From the NCBI GenBank assembly GCA_963839705.1, contig CAWIWL010000004.1, forward strand, positions 128,320-192,319: DNA of 64,000 nt. Direction: 5' to 3'. Shown piece by piece: positions 18,535 through 26,271 of the stretch. How positions within the stretch are numbered: position 1 is the first letter of the stretch; every line of letters starts with the position of its first letter. The DNA comes from an uncultured Acidobacteriota bacterium (lineage in GTDB: Bacteria > Acidobacteriota > Vicinamibacteria > Vicinamibacterales > 2-12-FULL-66-21). A program made the translations under genes and the position numbers. The notes beneath the pieces were generated by a model that was not told where the DNA came from, ran no database searches, and saw only the letters and a program-made list of their open reading frames with translations.

Positions 18535-20511
18535 ATGTCCGAGATCACCGTCACGTTACCCGACGGATCCAGCCGTCGCGTGCGCGCGGGCAGTACTGCC
18601 CGCGACGTGGCGGCATTGGTGTCGCCGGGCCTCGCGAAGGCGGCGCTCGCGGCTACGGTCGATGACCGGCTGGTCGATCTGACGTATCAGCTGAACGACG
18701 ACGCACGCCTGACGATCGTCACCGACAGGAACGCGGAGGCGCTGGCGCTCTACCGGCACAGCACCGCTCACCTGCTGGCGGCGGCCGTGACGCAGCTGTT
18801 CCCCGGCGCGCAGTGCGGCATCGGCCCGGCGACCGAGGAGGGCTTCTACTACGACTTCGTTGTCGGTCGCCCGTTTGTCCCGGAGGACCTCGAGGCCATC
18901 GAGCAGAAGATGAAGGAGCTGGCGGCGCAGGATCTCATCTACGAGCGTCAGCTGTGGCCCCGCGAGGAGGCGAAACGTTTCTTCGACGCGAAGGGCGAGC
19001 CGCTCAAGGTGCAGTTGATCGAAGAAAAGACCGCCGGACAGTCCGAAGTGTCGGTCTACACGATTAAGGAAAAAGAGAGCAAGGATCGCGACACCTTCGT
19101 CGACTTCTGCCTCGGCCCGCACGTACCCTCGACCGGCCGCCTCAAGGCGTTCAAGCTGCTGTCGACCTCGAACGCCTACTGGAAGGGCGACGCCCACAAC
19201 CAGCCGATGCAGCGCGTCTACGGCACGGCGTTTCTGAGCGAGTCCGAGCTGAAGGCCCACTTTCAGCGGATCAAGGAAGCGGAGCAGCGGGACCACCGGA
19301 AAGTCGGCAAGGAACTCGGCCTGTTCATGTTTCACAGGTGGGCGCCGGGCTCGGCGTTCTGGCTGGCGAAGGGCACGGTTCTGTGGAACACGCTCGCCGA
19401 CTATATGCGCAGCGTGCTCATACCGGCGGGCTACGTCGAAGTGAAGGCGCCGATTATCTTCAACAAGGCGCTCTGGGAAACATCGGGCCACTGGCAGCAC
19501 TATCGCGACAACATGTTCCTCGTCGAGAGCGAAGGGGAGCAGATGGGTCTCAAGGCGATGAACTGCCCGGGGCACTTTCTCATCTACGCAAGCGACGTTC
19601 GCAGCTATCGTGACCTGCCGATCCGTCTGCACGAACAAACGCCGCTGCACCGGCATGAAGCCTCGGGCGTCCTGTCCGGCCTGACCCGCGTCCGGCAGTT
19701 CAGCCAGGACGATGGGCACTGCTTCGTCATGGAGTCGCAGATTGGCGAGGAAGTCGAGCGCCTGCTCCGGCTCGTGCAGCGCGTCTATGTCGATTTCGGA
19801 CTCGAGCCGCAGATAAAACTCTCGACTCGACCAGCCGAGTTCATGGGCGCGATCGGGCAGTGGGACCATGCGGAGCGCGAGCTGCGGCGTGCGCTCGATG
19901 CCGTCGGCCAACCCTACGTCGTCAACGAAGGGGACGGAGCGTTCTACGGACCCAAAATCGATTTCGATGTCGTCGATGCCATCGGCCGTAAGTGGCAGTG
20001 CGCGACGATCCAGCTCGACTATCAGATGCCCGAGCGCTTCGACCTGAAATACATCGGAGCCGACAACGCCGAGCACCGGCCGGTCGTCATCCACCGGGCC
20101 ATTTTCGGGAGTTTTGAACGCTTTGTCGCCCTGCTGATCGAGCACTATGCCGGAGCCTTCCCGCTCTGGCTGGCCCCGGTCCAGGTGGCCGTTCTGCCGA
20201 TCGCCGATCGCCACGCCGAGTACGCGCGGTCGGTCCGGGACCGCCTGGCGGCGGCCGGGCTCCGGGTGGAGCTCGACGAGCGGCAGGAGAAGATTGGATA
20301 TAAGATCCGCGGAGCCCAGTTGCACAAAGTCCCGTACATGCTGGTGACCGGCGACCGTGAGGCGGCAGAGTCCACGGTGGCCGTCAGAAGTCGGGCGGGA
20401 GGCGATTTGGGGGCGAAGCGCCTGGAAGAGTTCATCGACGAGGCGCTGGTCGAAATCAGGAACAAGAAAGCGCAGCCTTCACTCTCGGTCACCGGGGAGA
20501 AGGAACGATGA
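18535..20511 (+). CDS. thrS: Threonine--tRNA ligase
   Basis: 658 aa with TGS domain, editing-domain HSTAHLLA motif, class II core (FRDEASG-like HRHEASGVLSGLTRVRQFSQDDGH) and anticodon-binding domain. Confidence 0.95.
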   Translation: MSEITVTLPDGSSRRVRAGSTARDVAALVSPGLAKAALAATVDDRLVDLTYQLNDDARLTIVTDRNAEALALYRHSTAHLLAAAVTQLFPGAQCGIGPATEEGFYYDFVVGRPFVPEDLEAIEQKMKELAAQDLIYERQLWPREEAKRFFDAKGEPLKVQLIEEKTAGQSEVSVYTIKEKESKDRDTFVDFCLGPHVPSTGRLKAFKLLSTSNAYWKGDAHNQPMQRVYGTAFLSESELKAHFQRIKEAEQRDHRKVGKELGLFMFHRWAPGSAFWLAKGTVLWNTLADYMRSVLIPAGYVEVKAPIIFNKALWETSGHWQHYRDNMFLVESEGEQMGLKAMNCPGHFLIYASDVRSYRDLPIRLHEQTPLHRHEASGVLSGLTRVRQFSQDDGHCFVMESQIGEEVERLLRLVQRVYVDFGLEPQIKLSTRPAEFMGAIGQWDHAERELRRALDAVGQPYVVNEGDGAFYGPKIDFDVVDAIGRKWQCATIQLDYQMPERFDLKYIGADNAEHRPVVIHRAIFGSFERFVALLIEHYAGAFPLWLAPVQVAVLPIADRHAEYARSVRDRLAAAGLRVELDERQEKIGYKIRGAQLHKVPYMLVTGDREAAESTVAVRSRAGGDLGAKRLEEFIDEALVEIRNKKAQPSLSVTGEKER

Positions 20512-20543
20512 GCGCTGAGGAAGAACTGTCCTGGAGGTAGCTT

Positions 20544-21131
20544 ATCGCTTTTGACAGAAGCCCGCGCCGGGACGACCGCACGCGGGTAAACGAACGGATT
20601 AGAGTTCGCGAAGTCCGGGTCATCGACGACACGGGCGCGCAGCTTGGCATCATGGCGCCGCAGCAGGCGCTGACAATCGCACGACAGAAGGGACTCGACC
20701 TGGTCGAGATCGCCGCGACGGCGGTGCCGCCTGTCTGCCGGATCATGGACTTCGGCCGCTATCAGTACCAGGAGCAGAAGCGCGCCCGGCAGGCCAAGAA
20801 GCACCAGAAGATCATCGAGGTCAAGGAGATCAAGTTCCGGCCGAAGGTCGACGAGCACGACTACCAGTTCAAGAAGAAGCACATCGAGCGCTTCCTCGCC
20901 GAGGGCGACAAGGTCAAGGCGACGATCTTCTTCCGCGGCCGTGAAATGGCGCATCCCGAGATCGGGCGCCGCATCCTCGAACGGCTGATCGACGACCTGG
21001 GAGAAGTAGCGGTCGCCGAGAATGCGCCGCGGCAGGAAGGCAACCAGATGCACACGATCCTCGCGCAGCGGGCGGGAGCGAAGCGTCCGGCGCCGAAGCG
21101 GGAAGCGGAGAAAGCGCAAGAGCAAGAGTAG
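20544..21131 (+). CDS. infC: Translation initiation factor IF-3, predicted non-canonical ATC start
   Basis: The conserved N-terminus [23 protein letters not shown] lies upstream of the first ATG (20652). The frame is closed by TAG at 20538-20540, and the only plausible initiator after it is ATC 20544, 6 nt downstream of GGAGG (20533-20537). Confidence 0.8.
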   Translation: MAFDRSPRRDDRTRVNERIRVREVRVIDDTGAQLGIMAPQQALTIARQKGLDLVEIAATAVPPVCRIMDFGRYQYQEQKRARQAKKHQKIIEVKEIKFRPKVDEHDYQFKKKHIERFLAEGDKVKATIFFRGREMAHPEIGRRILERLIDDLGEVAVAENAPRQEGNQMHTILAQRAGAKRPAPKREAEKAQEQE

Positions 21132-21144
21132 AGCGTATAGACCT

Positions 21145-21342
21145 ATGCCGAAACTGAAAACACATCGAGGCGCGGCCAAACGGTTCAAGCGAACGGGAAC
21201 CGGAAAGATTGTCCGCAGCAAGGCGTTCAAGCAGCACATCCTGACGAGCAAGGCCCGCAGCCGCAAGCGCAAGCTGCGCGGCACGGTCGAGGTGTCCGAC
21301 GGCGACTACAAGAAGCTCGATCGGATGATCCCGAGAAAGTAG
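21145..21342 (+). CDS. rpmI: 50S ribosomal protein L35
   Basis: [36 protein letters not shown] is a canonical L35 sequence. Confidence 0.92.
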   Translation: MPKLKTHRGAAKRFKRTGTGKIVRSKAFKQHILTSKARSRKRKLRGTVEVSDGDYKKLDRMIPRK

Positions 21343-21504
21343 CCGAGCGAAGCGAGCCGAGTGGCCGAGCCGGACTGCCGGCGAACAAGGGGAAAGCGCC
21401 ATATCGGCAGCGCCCGCGGCCACGGCGAGCGAGCAAAGCGAGTCAAGCCGTAGCGCTTGGGGGTGGGGCCCCAAGCGCATTGAATAAAGCAGACAGAACA
21501 CATC

Positions 21505-21873
21505 ATGCCTAGAGTCAAACGTGGAAACGTCCGGCGCGCCAAGCGCAAGAAGCTGCTCGCGCGCGCGAAGGGCTTTTATCAGACCAAGAGCAAGCTGTAC
21601 CGATCGGCGAAAGAATCGGTCGACACGGCGCTCAAGTACGCCTTCGTCGGCCGCCGCCGGAAGAAGCGGGATTTCCGCCGCCTGTGGGTCGTACGGATCA
21701 ACGCCGCGGCGCGTGAAAACGGATTGACCTACGGCCAGCTCATCGCCGGGCTGAAGGCCGCGGGCAACCCGATCGACCGGAAGCAACTCGCCGATCTCGC
21801 GGTCACGAGCCCGAAGGCGTTCGCGCTGCTCGCGAAGGCCGCCGCCGACGCCAAGCCGGCCGCGCGCGCCTGA
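21505..21873 (+). CDS. rplT: 50S ribosomal protein L20
   Basis: [37 protein letters not shown] is a canonical L20 sequence. Confidence 0.95.
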   Translation: MPRVKRGNVRRAKRKKLLARAKGFYQTKSKLYRSAKESVDTALKYAFVGRRRKKRDFRRLWVVRINAAARENGLTYGQLIAGLKAAGNPIDRKQLADLAVTSPKAFALLAKAAADAKPAARA

Positions 21874-21877
21874 CGAT

Positions 21878-21952
21878 GGTTCATGAGGCTCAAGAGGTTC
21901 ACGTGGTTCAGAGCGTTCGACTGAGCCGCGTGGGCCGCATCGGCCTCTTGAG
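21878..21952. repeat. GGTTCA-repeat / inverted-repeat element in the rplT-pheS spacer
   Basis: GGTTCA at 21878, 21896 and 21905 (the last two 9 nt apart) plus GTTCGA at 21915. These are flanked by the inverted pair CTCAAGAGG (21889-21897) / CCTCTTGAG (21944-21952). Confidence 0.6.
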
Positions 21953-21966
21953 TCTCTAACCAGACC

Positions 21967-23031
21967 GTGCCTGCCGATCCGCCAAGCCGCATCATTCAGG
22001 ACCTCTGGCAGCAGTTCGAGGTCGAAGTGGGGAACGCTCGCACCGAGTCGGAGGTGCGCGCCGTCCGCGACAAGTACCTCGCGCGCAAAGGCGGGCTGGT
22101 CTCCGCCATCCTCAAGTCGCTCGGACAGGCACCGGCGGAGGACCGTCCAAAGCTCGGCCAGCAGGTCAACGACCTGAAGGTGCGTATCGAGGCCCAGCTC
22201 GAAGCGAAACAGGAGAGCGTCGGCGCCGCTCGCCCGCCGGCGGGGGCGGTCGACATCACCCTCCCGGGACGCCGGCCGCAGATCGGCCACCGCCATCCGC
22301 TCACCATTCTCCGCGAGCGCATCGAAGCCATCTTCACGCGCTTCGGCTTCCTCGTCATCGAAGGCGCCGAGCTCGAAGACGACTATCACAACTTCGAAGC
22401 GCTCAACATGCCGCCCGAGCATCCCGCTCGCGACATGCAGGACACGCTGTACCTCGCCACACAGGTGCGCTCGGGATCGGGCACACCGGCGACGCTGCTC
22501 CGGACGCATACGTCGGGGATGCAGATCCGCTACATGGAGAAGCATCAGCCGCCGGTCCGCCTGATCGCGCCCGGCCGGGTCTATCGCCGCGACAACTTCG
22601 ATCTCTCCCACACGCCGATGTTCACGCAGGTCGAAGGCCTCGTCGTCGGCGAGAACGTGTCGCTCGCGGACCTGAAGGGCACGCTGACGGCCTTCGTGCA
22701 CGAGCTCTTCGGGCCGGAACGCCGCGTCCGCTTCCGGCCGAGCTTCTTTCCCTACACCGAGCCGAGCGCCGAGCTCGACATCAGCTGCGCGGCGTGCAAC
22801 GGCACCGGTACCGACTGTGGCATGTGCAAGCGCTCCGGCTGGGTCGAGATCCTCGGCAGCGGGATGGTGCACCCGGCCGTGTTCGAGGCCGTCGGCTACG
22901 ACCCTGAACGCTACACCGGCTTTGCGTTCGGCATGGGCATCGAGCGAGTCGCGCTGCTCAAGTGGGGCGTCGAGGACATCCGGCTCTTCTACGAAAACGA
23001 CCTGCGCTTCCTGGAGCAGTTCCCGCCGTGA
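21967..23031 (+). CDS. pheS: Phenylalanine--tRNA ligase alpha subunit
   Basis: HPARDMQDT, LLRTHTS, FRPSFFPYTEPS and GFAFGMGIERVAL are class II PheS motifs. GTG start. Confidence 0.95.
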   Translation: MPADPPSRIIQDLWQQFEVEVGNARTESEVRAVRDKYLARKGGLVSAILKSLGQAPAEDRPKLGQQVNDLKVRIEAQLEAKQESVGAARPPAGAVDITLPGRRPQIGHRHPLTILRERIEAIFTRFGFLVIEGAELEDDYHNFEALNMPPEHPARDMQDTLYLATQVRSGSGTPATLLRTHTSGMQIRYMEKHQPPVRLIAPGRVYRRDNFDLSHTPMFTQVEGLVVGENVSLADLKGTLTAFVHELFGPERRVRFRPSFFPYTEPSAELDISCAACNGTGTDCGMCKRSGWVEILGSGMVHPAVFEAVGYDPERYTGFAFGMGIERVALLKWGVEDIRLFYENDLRFLEQFPP

Positions 23032-25100
23032 GGCTCGTCCACCCGTGGCTGTGCGACCTCGTCCGTGTACCTGGCGCACCCGAGTCCATCGCGCACGAGA
23101 TCAGCCTGCGCGGATTCGAAGTGGCCTCGATCGAGCCCGGCCATCTCCCGGTCATCGACTTCGAGATCACCGCGAATCGCCCGGATTGCCTCAGTCACCT
23201 CGGCCTGGCCCGTGAGGCGTCGGTGATCTGGGGACTGCCGCTTCAGATGCCGGACATGACGGTGCCGGCAGCCGGCACGGTTGAAGGGCCTGCCCTGAGC
23301 ACCGTCGAAGGGCTGGACGTCCGCCTCGAGGCGCCCGACCTCTGCCCACGCTACTGCGCGCAGGTGTTCGAGATCACTTTGGGCCCGTCGCCCCAGTGGC
23401 TCGCCGACCGCCTGACCGCGGCCGGCGTCCGCCCGATCAGCAACATCGTCGACGTCACCAACTACGTGATGCTCGAGCTCGGGCAGCCGATGCATGCGTT
23501 CGACCTCGAACGGCTGGCGGGCCGGGCGCTCGTCATCCGGCGCGCGCGCCCCGGCGAGCGCATCCGTACGCTCGACGGCATCGACCGCGCCCTCGAGGCG
23601 GATATGCTCATGATTGCCGACGCCGAGCACGCGAGCGCGGTCGGCGGCGTGATGGGAGGCCACGATTCGGAGATTGGGCCCACGACGCGGCTCATCGCCC
23701 TCGAGAGCGCCTATTTTCATCCCGCATCCATCCGCCGTACGAGCAAGCGGCTCGGGCTCAAGACCGAGGCGTCGATCCGCTTCGAACGCGGCGGCGACAT
23801 CGCTGCCCCGCCGCTCGGCATCGCCCGCGCCGCCGCGCTCTTCGCGCAGCTGGGTGCGGCCACTCCGCGTGGCGCCCTCATCGATCGCTATCCCGCGCCG
23901 CGGCCGCTCTCGCAGGTGCGGCTACGGTCGTCGCGCATCGCCAGGCTGCTCGGCCAGGCCGTGCCAGCCGACGATGTCGCGCGGATCCTGGCCGGGCTCG
24001 GCTTCGGCGTCGCGCAAGCGGCCGCCGATGAAGATGGCGGGCTCACCTGGCTGGTGACAGTTCCGAGCTTCCGTGTCGATGTCGCGCGCGAAGCGGACCT
24101 CATCGAAGAGGTCGGGCGCCACCACGGCTTCGATCGTCTCCCGACCACGTTTCCCGCGCTCACGGCGGCACAGGCCCCACCGCCGCCGCAGATAGCCAGG
24201 GACCGGCTCATCCGGCAGGTCCTCACGGCCGCCGGATTCTCGGAATCCGCGACGTTCGCGTTCATCGAGAAAGACGCGAGCGCACCGTTCTGCGAACCGG
24301 GCGTGGAAGCGGCGCCGATCGCCAACCCCCTCTCGGAGAAATTCGCCGTCCTCAGGCCCTCGCTCCTGCCCGGGTTGGTGGATGCGTGCGCACACAACCG
24401 CCGGCGCGAGCGGAAAGATATCCGCTTGTTCGAGGCCGGCAGCCGATTCACGCGCGAGGGCGAGGGACGCGCGGTCGCATTCGTCTGGTGCGGCGCCGCG
24501 GAGGGGCCACACTGGTCGGCGCCGTCCCGCGCCGTCGACTTCTTCGACGCCAAGGGCGTCGTTGAGGGCATCTGCGAAGCCGTCGGAGTCTACGCCGAAA
24601 TCGCGGCGAGCCGGCACGGATTCCTCGCCGCCGGCCGCGCGGCCGAGGTGCGAGCGCGCGGTACGGCTGCGCTGCTGGGCGTCGTCGGCAAACTCGTGCC
24701 GGCGATCGCCGAAGCCCGCGGCTTTCCCGGTGCGGAAGACGTGTATGTGGCCGAGCTCAATCTGGATGCGCTCACCATCGCCAGCGCCGATGCCGATCGA
24801 CTCGTGGAATCGCTGCCGCGCTTCCCGTCGATCGTGCGCGACATCTCGATGCTCGTCGACGATACCTTGCCTGCCGCCACCGTTCGTGGCACTATCCGTT
24901 CATCGGCACCGTCAACGCTGGTATCGATCGTCGAGTTCGATCGCTACCAGGGCAAAGGCGTGCCGGACGGTCGGGTCAGCCTGTCCCTGCGGCTCACATT
25001 CCGCGCGCCGGATCGCACGTTGACCGACGACGAGGTGCAGGCGGCGACCAACAGGATTGTCGAAGCGCTCCGCACGACGCACGGGGCGGAGCAGCGATAG
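23028..25100 (+). CDS. pheT: Phenylalanine--tRNA ligase beta subunit (short form without the N-terminal OB/tRNA-binding insert)
   Basis: GTG 23028 overlaps the pheS stop (GTGA). B1 start VRLVHPWLCDLV, then directly VIDFEITANRPDCLSHLGLAREA, followed by B3/4, B5, core and FDX-ACB-like C-terminus. 690 aa. Confidence 0.9.
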   Translation: MRLVHPWLCDLVRVPGAPESIAHEISLRGFEVASIEPGHLPVIDFEITANRPDCLSHLGLAREASVIWGLPLQMPDMTVPAAGTVEGPALSTVEGLDVRLEAPDLCPRYCAQVFEITLGPSPQWLADRLTAAGVRPISNIVDVTNYVMLELGQPMHAFDLERLAGRALVIRRARPGERIRTLDGIDRALEADMLMIADAEHASAVGGVMGGHDSEIGPTTRLIALESAYFHPASIRRTSKRLGLKTEASIRFERGGDIAAPPLGIARAAALFAQLGAATPRGALIDRYPAPRPLSQVRLRSSRIARLLGQAVPADDVARILAGLGFGVAQAAADEDGGLTWLVTVPSFRVDVAREADLIEEVGRHHGFDRLPTTFPALTAAQAPPPPQIARDRLIRQVLTAAGFSESATFAFIEKDASAPFCEPGVEAAPIANPLSEKFAVLRPSLLPGLVDACAHNRRRERKDIRLFEAGSRFTREGEGRAVAFVWCGAAEGPHWSAPSRAVDFFDAKGVVEGICEAVGVYAEIAASRHGFLAAGRAAEVRARGTAALLGVVGKLVPAIAEARGFPGAEDVYVAELNLDALTIASADADRLVESLPRFPSIVRDISMLVDDTLPAATVRGTIRSSAPSTLVSIVEFDRYQGKGVPDGRVSLSLRLTFRAPDRTLTDDEVQAATNRIVEALRTTHGAEQR

Positions 25101-25102
25101 AC

Positions 25103-25193
25103 TTTTGGCTCTAGGCTTTTGGCTCTAGGCTCTCGCAAGATCGTCGAGTGCGGTCGAGGTTTTGCCAGAGCCCAGAGCCCAGAGCCTAAAGCC
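25103..25193. repeat. Heptamer-array palindrome (TTTTGGC TCTAGGC TTTTGGC TCTAGGC TCT ... GCCAGAG CCCAGAG CCCAGAG CCTAAAG CC) after pheT; likely hairpin or partial terminator
   Basis: The left arm (25103-25133) and right arm (25164-25193) are 7-nt-periodic and mutually reverse-complementary. The element starts 3 nt after the pheT stop. Confidence 0.7.
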
Positions 25194-25213
25194 CTTCAGC
25201 GTAAGGAGTCAAA

Positions 25214-25495
25214 GTGGCAAAAGCGGTTGCGACGCGGCTGGTCGATCTCGAATCCATCGACCGGCTCGAAGAGAAGATCAAGCTGCTCGTCGGACTCGTC
25301 GAACGGTTGCGGGCAAGCGAGGGACGACTCTCGGACGAGAACGCCCGGCTCGTGCGCGAGCTCGATACGACGCTGGCACGGCTCACGGCGTCCGAGGGGT
25401 CCGGTGCCGAGATTACGGCGCTTCGCGAGGAGCGCGAGATCATCAAGTCGCGCGTCGAAGACATGCTTGCGCAAATCGAGTCGCTCAATCTCTGA
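25214..25495 (+). CDS. ZapB-like coiled-coil cell-division protein (probable)
   Basis: 93-aa all-helical heptad-rich ORF (LEEKIKLLVGLVERLRASEGRLSDENARLVRELD...). AAGGAG lies 6 nt upstream of the GTG, and zapA is immediately downstream. Confidence 0.55.
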   Translation: MAKAVATRLVDLESIDRLEEKIKLLVGLVERLRASEGRLSDENARLVRELDTTLARLTASEGSGAEITALREEREIIKSRVEDMLAQIESLNL

Positions 25496-25604
25496 GGGGT
25501 TCATCAGGTTCAGGAGTTCATCAGGTTCACAGGGTTCGCTGTCAGGCCCTCGTTACCTCTTCGAACCTCATGAACCTTGAACCCAGTGAACCTTCTGAAC
25601 CAGG
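25496..25604. repeat. Inverted arrays of GGTTCA hexamers at ~9-nt spacing filling the zapB-zapA spacer
   Basis: Left arm 25496-25538 is GGGGTTCAtcaGGTTCAggaGTTCAtcaGGTTCAcagGGTTCG. Right arm 25562-25604 is CGAACCtcaTGAACCtTGAACCcagTGAACCttcTGAACCagg. Confidence 0.75.
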
Positions 25605-25612
25605 ATCAATCC

Positions 25613-25930
25613 ATGGAACAGACCAGCCGAATCGTAACCGTCGACATCCACGGCCAGCGGTATCCCATCAAGAGCTCACTCGATGCCGCCTACGTCGCGG
25701 AGCTCGCCGCCTACGTGGACGAGAAGATGCGGCTGGCACTCAAGGAGTGCCCGTCCGGAGACACGTTGAAGGTCGCGGTGCTCGCGGCGCTCAACATCGC
25801 CGACGAGTACTTCCGCGCCGGAGACGAGGTGCAGGATCGCCAGACTGGATTTGCCCATCGTGCCCGGGAGCTCGAGCGCATGCTCGACATGGCGCTTGCG
25901 GCCGGGCAGGAACGGCTCGCCGCAGGCTGA
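25613..25930 (+). CDS. zapA: Cell division protein ZapA
   Basis: VTVDIHGQRYPIKSSLDAAYVAELAAYVDEKMRLALKE ... LKVAVLAALNIADEY matches the ZapA fold pattern. Start placed at ATG 25613 (AGGA upstream) rather than TTG 25577, which lies inside the repeat. Confidence 0.8.
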   Translation: MEQTSRIVTVDIHGQRYPIKSSLDAAYVAELAAYVDEKMRLALKECPSGDTLKVAVLAALNIADEYFRAGDEVQDRQTGFAHRARELERMLDMALAAGQERLAAG

Positions 25931-26002
25931 CCACTGGCGCGCGGCCCGCGAGCACACGGATCTCTTGTCGATCGAGGGACCCGGGTGCAGTACAATGGCA
26001 TC

Positions 26003-26206
26003 AGGAGTTCAAGTTCCCTGCTTTGCTTGTGATGGTTCGGAGGCTCGTTTGAGCCGATGTTCTAACCCAAGTGAATCGCGACGCTGCGCGGTGTGCATGC
26101 CTCTGCGAGAGGAAGCCTGAAGCGCGGCTTGTGCAGCGGTTCCACCTGCTATAGCAGGTTCATCCGACCTCCCCACACGGCAAAGCGGGGGCCATTCGAC
26201 TTCGAT
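26003..26206 (+). ncRNA. ssrS: Candidate 6S RNA (ssrS)
   Basis: A 340-nt non-coding gap lies directly downstream of zapA, which is where ssrS sits in E. coli. TACAAT at 25991-25996 is followed by a ~200-nt segment whose 5' end (26004-26026, GGAGTTCAAGTTCCCTGCTTTGC) pairs with its 3' end (26180-26203, GCAAAGCGGGGGCCATTCGACTTC). A second helix forms between GGAGGCTCG (26039-26047) and CGACCTCC (26065..26072 region on the 3' side, 26165-26172). There are internal loops and a small 3'-side hairpin CCTGC-TATA-GCAGG. No covariance model was run. Confidence 0.45.
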
Positions 26207-26271
26207 CGCCCGCGCAACGAGCTCCCGGCAGACGCCGGCGAGTCCACCGCAAGGGCTTTACATACAGGGCG

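Noticed and set aside
18556-23079. Long antisense ORFs opposite thrS (18556..20325 minus), infC-rpmI (20145..21284 minus) and rplT-pheS (20914..23079 minus)
   Set aside because: Same reason: low-complexity R/A/G-rich translations opposite unmistakable housekeeping genes.
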